Assembly: GCA_963834385.1 (NCBI GenBank)
Contig: CAWIBO010000002.1
Span: 928,001 to 992,000 of the forward strand
Length of the DNA stretch: 64,000 nt
Reading direction: 5' to 3'
Source of the DNA: an uncultured Verrucomicrobiae bacterium
GTDB taxonomy: Bacteria > Verrucomicrobiota > Verrucomicrobiia > Chthoniobacterales > UBA10450
Positions 48,178 through 55,530 of this stretch are shown one piece after another. The notes below the pieces were generated by a model. The model ran no database searches. It saw only the letters and a program-made list of their open reading frames with translations, and had not been told where the DNA came from. A program made the position numbers and the translations under genes. Numbering within the stretch: the first letter of the stretch is position 1; each line of letters starts with the position of its first letter.

Positions 48178-49515
48178 GTGCCTACCCGCAGCCGGCTGCG
48201 GGACAAGGTTCCACCAACAAATAAATCTCTCCAACGGGTGCCCGCCTCTTTTCCAGTCCGCAACGCCGAAGAAGGCCCCCGCCCCGCGGCGAACTTGAAG
48301 CTGCGGTTGATTGGACCCGGCCTGATCATGGCGGTGTGCGGGATCGGCGCCAGCGACGTCATCTCCGCCACGATCGGCGGCGCGACCTACGGCGCCCGCT
48401 TGCTCTGGGCGCTTGTTCTTGGCGCGTTCTTCAAGTTCGTCCTGACGGAGGGTCTGGCTCGGTGGCAGCTGGCCACCGGGAGCACGATCGTCGAAGGCTG
48501 GGCCCGCCACTTGCCGCGGTGGGTCTTGAAACTCTTTTTCGTTTACCTGGTGCTTTGGTCGATCGCCGTGGGCGGAGCGCTCTTGAGCGGATGCGGCTTG
48601 GCCATTGAAAACATCACCGGCGGCCGCGTGTCCTTTGCCTGGGGCGCGGCGGCGCAGGGTGCGATCGTGTTCTTATTTATTTACACGGCCCGGACGGCAC
48701 GCTTCGCCGCCATCATGAAACCGCTCATCGCCGTCATGTTTGTCAGCGTGGTGGCGTGCGGCATTCTTGTTTTTCCCGAGCCATCCCGCGTCTGGCGCGG
48801 TCTTTTCCTGCCGGCCGTCCCGTCCGGGGGCGGTCCTTACGTGCTTTCGCTCATTGGGGGGATCGGCGGGTCGCTTACCCTGATCAGCTATGGCTACCTC
48901 CTCCGAGAGGAAACACCTGATCATCCCGCCAACCTCGGACGCGTGCGCCTTGACCTCGCCGTCGCCTACCTTTTCACTGCCATTTTCGGCAGCGCCATCA
49001 TGTTGATTGCCACGCGCGTGTTTCACACCGCCGGAATCACGATCAGCGACAGCGATGCCGTCTCCCGAATGGCGGACGAACTGGCCAAGGTGGCCGGCGC
49101 GGCGGGGTTCTACATTTACTCCATCGGCTTCTGGGCCGCCGTGCTCGCTTCCCTCATGGGAGTCTGGCAAACCGTCCCGAAGATTTTTGCTGATTGCTGG
49201 CCGCTCCTGAGAGCACCGAAACCGCCGACCGACGAGGCTGAAAAAGGCCGGATGTCCCGGGTGGCCCTTGTCTTCATGGCTGCCGTGGCCATGCCCTTTG
49301 CCTTTCTGCACCGGCCGCTCCTGCTCGTGGTCGCCTTTACCATTATCGGAAGTTTCTTTATCCCGTTCCTCGCCGCCACCCTGCTGCACCTGAACAACAG
49401 AGTCTGCTGGAGTTCATCGCTCGGGCGTAATCGGCTGCCAACGAACCTTGTGCTCGGCCTTGTCCTCCTTCTTTTCCTCGCCTTGGGGGGCCTTGAGATG
49501 CGACGGCTCTTCTGA
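48178..49515 (+). CDS. NRAMP-like (APC superfamily) transporter
   Basis: IGPGLI...GIGASD, GA.YG..LLW, E..ARW.LATG, GG.GG motifs; about 11 TMs. Start uncertain. Confidence 0.8.
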   Translation: MPTRSRLRDKVPPTNKSLQRVPASFPVRNAEEGPRPAANLKLRLIGPGLIMAVCGIGASDVISATIGGATYGARLLWALVLGAFFKFVLTEGLARWQLATGSTIVEGWARHLPRWVLKLFFVYLVLWSIAVGGALLSGCGLAIENITGGRVSFAWGAAAQGAIVFLFIYTARTARFAAIMKPLIAVMFVSVVACGILVFPEPSRVWRGLFLPAVPSGGGPYVLSLIGGIGGSLTLISYGYLLREETPDHPANLGRVRLDLAVAYLFTAIFGSAIMLIATRVFHTAGITISDSDAVSRMADELAKVAGAAGFYIYSIGFWAAVLASLMGVWQTVPKIFADCWPLLRAPKPPTDEAEKGRMSRVALVFMAAVAMPFAFLHRPLLLVVAFTIIGSFFIPFLAATLLHLNNRVCWSSSLGRNRLPTNLVLGLVLLLFLALGGLEMRRLF

Positions 49516-49592
49516 GGAACGCCTCCGGTCGAGTAGGGACGCGCCCCTTTCTTCTCGCCCTTCCATTCAATCTGATATTCCATTCAGGATCG

Positions 49593-50153
49593 ATGATCGG
49601 GACGGGCATTCTCAACGGCATGGCGGTGACGATGCGGAATTTCGTCGGCAGCTATTTCGAGCCGGATCGGCTGACGACGGTGCAATACCCGGAGGAGCGC
49701 GCGCCGTTGCCCGAGAATTACCGGAATTTTCCCTTCCTGGTCTTTGACGGGGAGGAGAGTGAAGCGGGGCTGCGCTGCGTGGCCTGCAAGATCTGCGAGA
49801 AGGAATGTCCGCCGCAGTGCATTTACATCGTCAAGAGCGACGACAAGAAGCCCGACTACATGGGTAAACCGCAGTTTTACCCGAAGGTGTTCGATATCGA
49901 CATCTCGGTCTGCATGAGCTGCCAGATCTGCGTGGAGGTTTGTCCTTTTGAAGCCATCAAGATGGACAAGGTTTTCGAGCTGAGCACGCGGGAGCGTTTC
50001 GATGCGCTGCTCCTCCGCAAAGGCGAGCTGGCAAAGTCGAACGGGTACTATCACGAGATTCATCCGGTGGAAGCGGCCGCCGTGGATGCCAATCTGGCGG
50101 CAGCCGCGGCCAAAAAGAAAACGACGCAAGAGGCTGCGCCGAAGGAGGCTTGA
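49593..50153 (+). CDS. nuoI: NADH-quinone oxidoreductase subunit I (2x[4Fe-4S])
   Basis: TVQYPEE, CVACKICEKECP and CMSCQICVEVCPFEAI motifs. Confidence 0.93.
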   Translation: MIGTGILNGMAVTMRNFVGSYFEPDRLTTVQYPEERAPLPENYRNFPFLVFDGEESEAGLRCVACKICEKECPPQCIYIVKSDDKKPDYMGKPQFYPKVFDIDISVCMSCQICVEVCPFEAIKMDKVFELSTRERFDALLLRKGELAKSNGYYHEIHPVEAAAVDANLAAAAAKKKTTQEAAPKEA

Positions 50154-50161
50154 GACGTCCT

Positions 50162-50185
50162 GGACGAGCGGAAGCTCGTCCCTCC
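50162..50185. repeat. REP-like hairpin after nuoI
   Basis: GGACGAGC-GGAA-GCTCGTCC followed by CTCC. Confidence 0.65.
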
Positions 50186-50241
50186 GAGTGGGTGCATGAT
50201 TTGTGCTCGTTCTGAATTCCGGCATTTTACCGGGTCATCCC

Positions 50242-50323
50242 GCCAGGGTGGCGAAATTGGCAGACGCGCCAGACTTAGGATCTGGTGTCGCAAGACGTGC
50301 AGGTTCGAGTCCTGTCCCTGGCA
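50242..50323 (+). tRNA. tRNA-Leu (anticodon TAG), CCA not encoded
   Basis: Acceptor GCCAGGG/CCCTGGC-A, D-arm GCG-AAATTGGCAGA-CGC, anticodon arm CCAGA-CTTAGGA-TCTGG, long variable arm, T-loop GGTTCGAGTCC. Confidence 0.96.
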
Positions 50324-50334
50324 CTTTCGCCCAG

Positions 50335-50363
50335 GCCCCGGCGAAGGTTCGCTTCGCCGGGGC
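50335..50363. terminator. Strong hairpin between the convergent tRNA and arsI-like gene
   Basis: 12-bp perfect stem GCCCCGGCGAAG/CTTCGCCGGGGC; no clear U-tract. Confidence 0.5.
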
Positions 50364-50376
50364 GGGCGGCACCGGT

Positions 50377-50817
50377 TCAGCGGCAGCAGGAGATGACGCT
50401 CGCGGAGTCCGCCGGTTCAGGCTGGTCGAGCATGTCGTCGGTCACGGCATAGACTTCCCAGGCCACGCCGTCGGGATCGTGCACCCAGATCTTGTCCTGC
50501 CGGGCATGGCAGCAGGTGGTGTTCATTTCCTCCTCCGGGGCGAGGCCGGCTTGCTTTAGGCGGTCGCTGATCGCGGTGACGGCGGCGGTATCGGCCACGA
50601 GGAGGCCGAGATGATCGAGCGGGCCGGCCTCTGTCTGCGCCGGTTTTTCCATGAGGGCCAGTTTCACCGGGGGCTGGGCGGCATCGAAGTTGGCGTAACC
50701 GGCGCGGCGCTTGTGCGGGGGCAGGCCGAGGAAGGCCTGGTAGAACGCGACCGAACGTTCAAGATCGGAGACGCGGAGGGAGAGATGGAGTTTGGCGGGT
50801 TGTTCCTGGTTGTTCAT
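50377..50817 (-). CDS. ArsI/CadI-family glyoxalase-like metalloenzyme
   Basis: LHLSLRVSDLERS..FY, GYANF, LDHLG, TTCCHARQDKIWVHDPDG..WEVY, C-terminal CC. Confidence 0.88.
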   Translation of the reverse strand: MNNQEQPAKLHLSLRVSDLERSVAFYQAFLGLPPHKRRAGYANFDAAQPPVKLALMEKPAQTEAGPLDHLGLLVADTAAVTAISDRLKQAGLAPEEEMNTTCCHARQDKIWVHDPDGVAWEVYAVTDDMLDQPEPADSASVISCCR

Positions 50818-50854
50818 GGCTGATGTCCTTTCTGGTTTCGGTTTTTGTGGTGGT

Positions 50855-50874
50855 GCATCGATGGATATCGATGC
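50855..50874. promoter_or_regulatory. Putative ArsR-type operator upstream of the arsI-like gene
   Basis: Perfect IR GCATCGAT-GGAT-ATCGATGC. Confidence 0.65.
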
Positions 50875-50888
50875 GTTGGGGTTGAAAA

Positions 50889-51200
50889 TCAGGGCCGTTT
50901 GCGGCCCCGGAGCCGCTGGGTCTCTTTCTCCTCCGGGGCAAAGGCCTGCAAAAGGTTGCCGCAGCAGTTCACCACCGCCGCCTGGTTCATGGTGTAAAAA
51001 GCGAGCTTCCCTTCCTGGCGATGATGCACCAGCCCGGCCCGCTTGAGGACCGCGAGATGATGCGATGCCGTCGGCTGGGTCACGCCCACTTCGCGCGCAA
51101 TTTCCGTGACCGGCCGCCAATGGCAGCAACAGTAACGCATGATCCGTTGGCGGGTAGCGTCGGCGATCGCCTTGCCAAACTGAACAGGAGTCGCAGGCAC
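50889..51200 (-). CDS. ArsR/SmtB-family transcriptional regulator
   Basis: KAIADATRQRIM, V.EIA..VGVTQPTASHHL..L..AGLV...EGK..Y; Cys clusters CCC and CC. Confidence 0.9.
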   Translation of the reverse strand: MPATPVQFGKAIADATRQRIMRYCCCHWRPVTEIAREVGVTQPTASHHLAVLKRAGLVHHRQEGKLAFYTMNQAAVVNCCGNLLQAFAPEEKETQRLRGRKRP

Positions 51201-51208
51201 ATCCTCAA

Positions 51209-51230
51209 CGTATAGACGTTCGTCGATGCG
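51209..51230. promoter_or_regulatory. Putative ArsR autoregulatory operator
   Basis: Imperfect IR CGTATAGACG-TT-CGTCGATGCG with the same half-site and spacing as 50855-50874. Confidence 0.6.
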
Positions 51231-51251
51231 TCAAGCACGTTTTTTTCGCTC

Positions 51252-51776
51252 TTACGGCGGCGCCACCCATTTGCCGTCCAGCATCACCGGGCCCGCCAGG
51301 ATTTCCTCCGTCCGCTCAAGTTTCCAGCCGGTCAATTCCTGGTGCCAGATGTCCCGCTGCACGATCGCCGTCTGGACGTTGCGCGGTTTTCCCGGCTCGT
51401 TCTGCGCGACCTGGTCGCGGTTGTAGCGCTGCGTCACGATCACGGCGACGTCGCCGTTCCCCAGCGGCATGATGCTCTCGATCTTCGCGTTGACGAAACG
51501 CACCTCACGCGTCGTCTTCATGTTCTGCTCATGCCGTGCGATCATCTCCTCCCGGCTTCGCTCGGTCCCGTCGGCGCTGATGTAGGTGAAGTTCGGCCCG
51601 AGGAAACTGAGAAACTTCACGCTGTCCAGATTCTGGATGGCGAGGGCGATCTGGTCGTAGATCTCGCGGAACTGTTCCTCCAACTCACCGGCGGTGGGAG
51701 TCTTCGGCGCGGCCGCCGCGGCCCCTGCACCAGCCAGGAGAAGAGCAAGAATACAGAGCAGATGTCGTGGGGACAT
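51252..51776 (-). CDS. Secreted NTF2-like (DUF4440-like) protein
   Basis: Signal peptide; helix then F..I.ADG..R.R.E and a beta-rich C-terminus with D.W...GWK. Confidence 0.65.
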   Translation of the reverse strand: MSPRHLLCILALLLAGAGAAAAAPKTPTAGELEEQFREIYDQIALAIQNLDSVKFLSFLGPNFTYISADGTERSREEMIARHEQNMKTTREVRFVNAKIESIMPLGNGDVAVIVTQRYNRDQVAQNEPGKPRNVQTAIVQRDIWHQELTGWKLERTEEILAGPVMLDGKWVAPP

Positions 51777-51829
51777 GGAAACAGCCTAGCGCGAAAAGCC
51801 GATTTTGCGCTTTCTCGGCCAGGGAGATT

Positions 51830-52261
51830 TCAGGCGGCCGGTGTCGGGCGCGGGGCGGAAGCGCTCCGATAGATCGCGGCCACGATCAGTCCGAGGAGAA
51901 TGCTTTGCAGGATCCCGGCGACGAACCATTTCGAGGCGAGAGCCCCCGGCATGGGCAGGACGACGAAGTTCATCAGGGCCCAGACGCCCTGGAACACGCC
52001 CATCCAGAAACCGAAAAGCACACCTGTGCCGAGCGAGCGCCCGGCAAAACCAAGCGCCCAGACCATGGTGAAGGCCAGGGCGCAGACCAACTGTGCGCCG
52101 AGCATCCAGGGCAGGCGCGCGGTCATCTCGGCGTCCGAACGCCAGATTTCCTTGGTGGCGGTGTAATCCGGCAGCAGCCAGATGGAGTGGACAATGGCAT
52201 CGCTGGCGAAGATGAAAATCGCGCCGGCAACAATGGCGAGGAGAAGGCGGGTGATGTTCAT
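51830..52261 (-). CDS. Four-TM hypothetical membrane protein
   Basis: Four hydrophobic segments with host codon bias. Confidence 0.7.
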   Translation of the reverse strand: MNITRLLLAIVAGAIFIFASDAIVHSIWLLPDYTATKEIWRSDAEMTARLPWMLGAQLVCALAFTMVWALGFAGRSLGTGVLFGFWMGVFQGVWALMNFVVLPMPGALASKWFVAGILQSILLGLIVAAIYRSASAPRPTPAA

Positions 52262-52349
52262 GGGGCAGCCCATGGCTTAACAGGACGCCCGGCCCAAGAC
52301 CAGCGCAATCTCTCTGCCGGGATCAGGACAAACCTCTCAACCGCAGGGG

Positions 52350-52835
52350 TTAATCCTCACCCTCGAAGTAATCGGTCTCCGTGCCCTGCACGATCACCGG
52401 TGGACCGCCCTCCTTGAAAACCGACCACTTCCCGCTGTCGGGGTAGTAGCAGGAATCGCCCACCGGATTGTCCGCCACCACATAATAGAGAAAATCCTCG
52501 CCCGATTCGTTGAGGAGCTGGTGGGCCTCGCCCGGTTTAAAAAGAAAGAGGTCTCCGGTTTCCACCTCGGTTCGTCCGCCCGGGTGCCGGACGACGCCGC
52601 GCCCGGCCAGAACAAGGTAAAGTTCCCATTGGGCTGACTCGGCATGATAGGGACAAAAGGAGGCGCCGGGCGGCAGTCGCCCGCGCATGAGGTCAAAAGG
52701 ATGACGCTCAGAGAGGTCGAGCGAATCGGGCTTCCGGCCGAGCGCAACGGAGAGGTCCTGGCGAAAGGAATGAAATTTGCCGGAAGGAGACCGGCGCTCG
52801 GCCTCGGGAACATGCGCGATGTTGATCTTGTGCAC
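52350..52835 (-). CDS. Cupin-domain protein
   Basis: LPPG..CPYH.ES.Q.E...VL.G.G, GD...F.PG.AHQL.N, YYPDSGK motifs. Confidence 0.88.
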   Translation of the reverse strand: MHKINIAHVPEAERRSPSGKFHSFRQDLSVALGRKPDSLDLSERHPFDLMRGRLPPGASFCPYHAESAQWELYLVLAGRGVVRHPGGRTEVETGDLFLFKPGEAHQLLNESGEDFLYYVVADNPVGDSCYYPDSGKWSVFKEGGPPVIVQGTETDYFEGED

Positions 52836-52948
52836 GCCTTCTTTTAAGGCCGGAGGCGGCCCGGGTGCAATGCTGTGCCGTGGGAGACAGGGGCCGACGC
52901 GGAGGCCCGTGAAGTTGTGGGAGGAAGGGGAGCCGAGTAGACTCTGCG

Positions 52949-55417
52949 ATGCGATCGTTCCTCGCGGTTTTTCTTCTTCTGTGCGCCGCGACCCTGCCTT
53001 TGCCGGCGCAGGAGAAACCGACGAACGACCGGTCGCGCCTGCCGGCGGGCCTGCGCGAGCTGCCTCTCGAGCGTCTTTCCTCGGGGGCGCTCATGCTGCT
53101 GAACCGCGACGGAAACCTGGTGGCGCCGCCCCGGTCCGCCGCGGCATCCGGCGGGACGCGCGCCGGGGTGCAGGACCGCCAGTTCATGCTCGAGCTTGAT
53201 CCGCGCGTGGGGATGAACATCCGGCTGGGCGACGATCCGCCCGAGCTCCCCTCCACCATCCGCTCGCAAGCCGAGCCGCACATTGAGCGTTCGGTGACGC
53301 ATCCCGACTTTCTCGCAGCCACGTTCCAGGAAGGGCGTTTTACCGACGGCGGCGCGGTTGATTGCGGCTACTCGATCAGCAATGACGGCGGACTGACCTG
53401 GACACGCGAACTGATTCCGAACCTGACCACAGCCAAGGGAGGCACCTATTTTCGTGCGACCGACCCGGTGGTCCGGATCAACCTCGCCGGGCACGTTTTC
53501 CTGAACACTCTGGCGGCGACCGACGAGGCCTTCGACACCGGCGTGATCGTGCTCAGCCGCTCGCAGGATGGGGGCCGTTCTTTTACCAACCCAATCCTGG
53601 TCTACGCCCCGGCCAACAGCACCATCTTCCCGGATAAAAACTGGATGGCGGTGAACAATTTTGCCGGGACCACCACCGCCGGACGCATCATGGTCACCTT
53701 TACCTCTTTTATCGGGAACACGTCGCCGATCACGCGGACCTACAGCGACGACAACGGGAACACCTGGAGCACGGCGACTTTCGTGCACGGTTCGACCACG
53801 GACGCGCAGGGCTCGCAGCCGGTCTACCTCCCGAACGGCAACCTCGTCATCCCCTATTGGAACTTCGGGACCAACGCCAACCCGAACGAGCGGCTCGAGA
53901 CGGTGAACTCGACCAATGGCGGCAACACCTTTGGCGCGCCGGTTTTCATCACCAACGTGGCCCGTTACAACCCGCCCAACATTCGCAGCGCCCTTTTTCT
54001 GCCGAACGCCACCGGCGACCGCACCACCAACAGTGTCTACGTCGTTTATCAGGCCACCTTCGCCGGGGCACCCCGGGTTATGTTCACGAAATCGACCAAC
54101 TCCGGCGCGAGCTGGAGCACGCCCGTGCCGATTTCGGACAACCCGCCCACGACCGGCGTCTTCAACCCAGCCATCGCGGCTTCGCCAGACGGGCAGACTC
54201 TCGCGGTGGTGTTCTACGACCGGCGCGACAACCCGGGCTCGAACACGCTGGTGCATCTCTACCTGGCGCAATCCTTCGACAGCGGCGCAACCTGGCAGCC
54301 GAACATCCGCCTGACGGACACCGTGACGGATGCTTCGCTCGCGCCGCTGACCGCGAGCGGCTACATGCTGGGCGATTACCTGGGCGTGGCCGAGCCGGTG
54401 AACAACAATATCCCGGCGGTCCCGGTTTACATCGACACCCGCACCGGCAACCCCGATCCGTTCGTCGTGCGCGTGGGCATCGCCCCCACGGCCACCTACG
54501 AAAGCTGGCAGGCCGCGCGTCTCTCCCTTTCCCAGATCAACACGCCCACGGTCGGCGGCATGACCGGCGACGCGGACGGCGACACGGAGAACAACGGGGG
54601 CGAGTTCGCCGCCATGACCAATCCGAACGACGCGCTTTACCAAGCCCGGCCGCTCAACATCTCGACCCGGCTCGAGATCGGCACCGGCGACAATGCCGGG
54701 ATCGGCGGCTTCATCATCACGGGAACCGGAAATAAACAGGCCATCATCCGCGCAATCGGACCTTCCCTGGCAAATTTCGGGATCGCAAACGCCCTGCCGG
54801 ACCCGACGCTCGAACTGGTCGGCCCCGGCGGCCCCATCGCGGTCAACGATGACTGGCGCGACACCAACGAGACAGCCATCCAGAATACCGGCCTGGCCCC
54901 AAGCGATGACCGGGAAGCCGCGATCCTGACCACCCTGGCACCGGGGCAGTACACCGCGATTGTCCGCGGAAAGAACGGCGCAACCGGGATTGCCCTGGTT
55001 GAAACCTACGACTTGGGCGACGCCACCGCGAAGCTCGCCAACCTCAGCACTCGCGGCCAGGTGCTCACGGGCGAGAGCGTCATGATCGGCGGAGTCATCG
55101 TGGGCGGCGGCAGCGGCCCCGGCGGCACGGGAAATTCACGTCTCCTTTTGCGCGGCATCGGTCCCTCCTCCGGGCTGGCCGGGGCGCTGGGCGATCCGAC
55201 GCTGCGCGTGGTCAACAGCGACGGCATGATCCTGGCGCAAAACAACAATTGGAAAGAAACACAGCGCCTGGAGATCCTCGCCACCGGCATTCCGCCGGGA
55301 AACGACAACGAATCCGCCATCCTCATCAGCCTGCCCATCGGCCAGTACACTGCGATTCTCGAGGGCGCGGGCAACACCACCGGTCTCGCGCTGGTGGAGG
55401 CCTACGACGTTGACTGA
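52949..55417 (+). CDS. Secreted sialidase-like (BNR/Asp-box) beta-propeller protein with two C-terminal NISTR-type domains
   Basis: Signal peptide; Asp-boxes SNDGGLTW, SQDGGRSF, SDDNGNTW, STNGGNTF, STNSGASW, SFDSGATW; GDY; tandem NISTR/NLSTR domains. Confidence 0.82.
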   Translation: MRSFLAVFLLLCAATLPLPAQEKPTNDRSRLPAGLRELPLERLSSGALMLLNRDGNLVAPPRSAAASGGTRAGVQDRQFMLELDPRVGMNIRLGDDPPELPSTIRSQAEPHIERSVTHPDFLAATFQEGRFTDGGAVDCGYSISNDGGLTWTRELIPNLTTAKGGTYFRATDPVVRINLAGHVFLNTLAATDEAFDTGVIVLSRSQDGGRSFTNPILVYAPANSTIFPDKNWMAVNNFAGTTTAGRIMVTFTSFIGNTSPITRTYSDDNGNTWSTATFVHGSTTDAQGSQPVYLPNGNLVIPYWNFGTNANPNERLETVNSTNGGNTFGAPVFITNVARYNPPNIRSALFLPNATGDRTTNSVYVVYQATFAGAPRVMFTKSTNSGASWSTPVPISDNPPTTGVFNPAIAASPDGQTLAVVFYDRRDNPGSNTLVHLYLAQSFDSGATWQPNIRLTDTVTDASLAPLTASGYMLGDYLGVAEPVNNNIPAVPVYIDTRTGNPDPFVVRVGIAPTATYESWQAARLSLSQINTPTVGGMTGDADGDTENNGGEFAAMTNPNDALYQARPLNISTRLEIGTGDNAGIGGFIITGTGNKQAIIRAIGPSLANFGIANALPDPTLELVGPGGPIAVNDDWRDTNETAIQNTGLAPSDDREAAILTTLAPGQYTAIVRGKNGATGIALVETYDLGDATAKLANLSTRGQVLTGESVMIGGVIVGGGSGPGGTGNSRLLLRGIGPSSGLAGALGDPTLRVVNSDGMILAQNNNWKETQRLEILATGIPPGNDNESAILISLPIGQYTAILEGAGNTTGLALVEAYDVD

Positions 55418-55530
55418 CGTTTAAAGAAATGCGCCGGGGACGGCGCACGCTATCGCGACGCGAAGCGGGTGGACGATTTCTTTGCCTGGGACGCGGTTGC
55501 GCCCGCGCTTTCCTCAGCGAAATCGGCGCA

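Noticed and set aside
50242..52835. tRNA-anchored integrative island
   Set aside because: No integrase, and I found no duplicate of the tRNA 3' end in the window.
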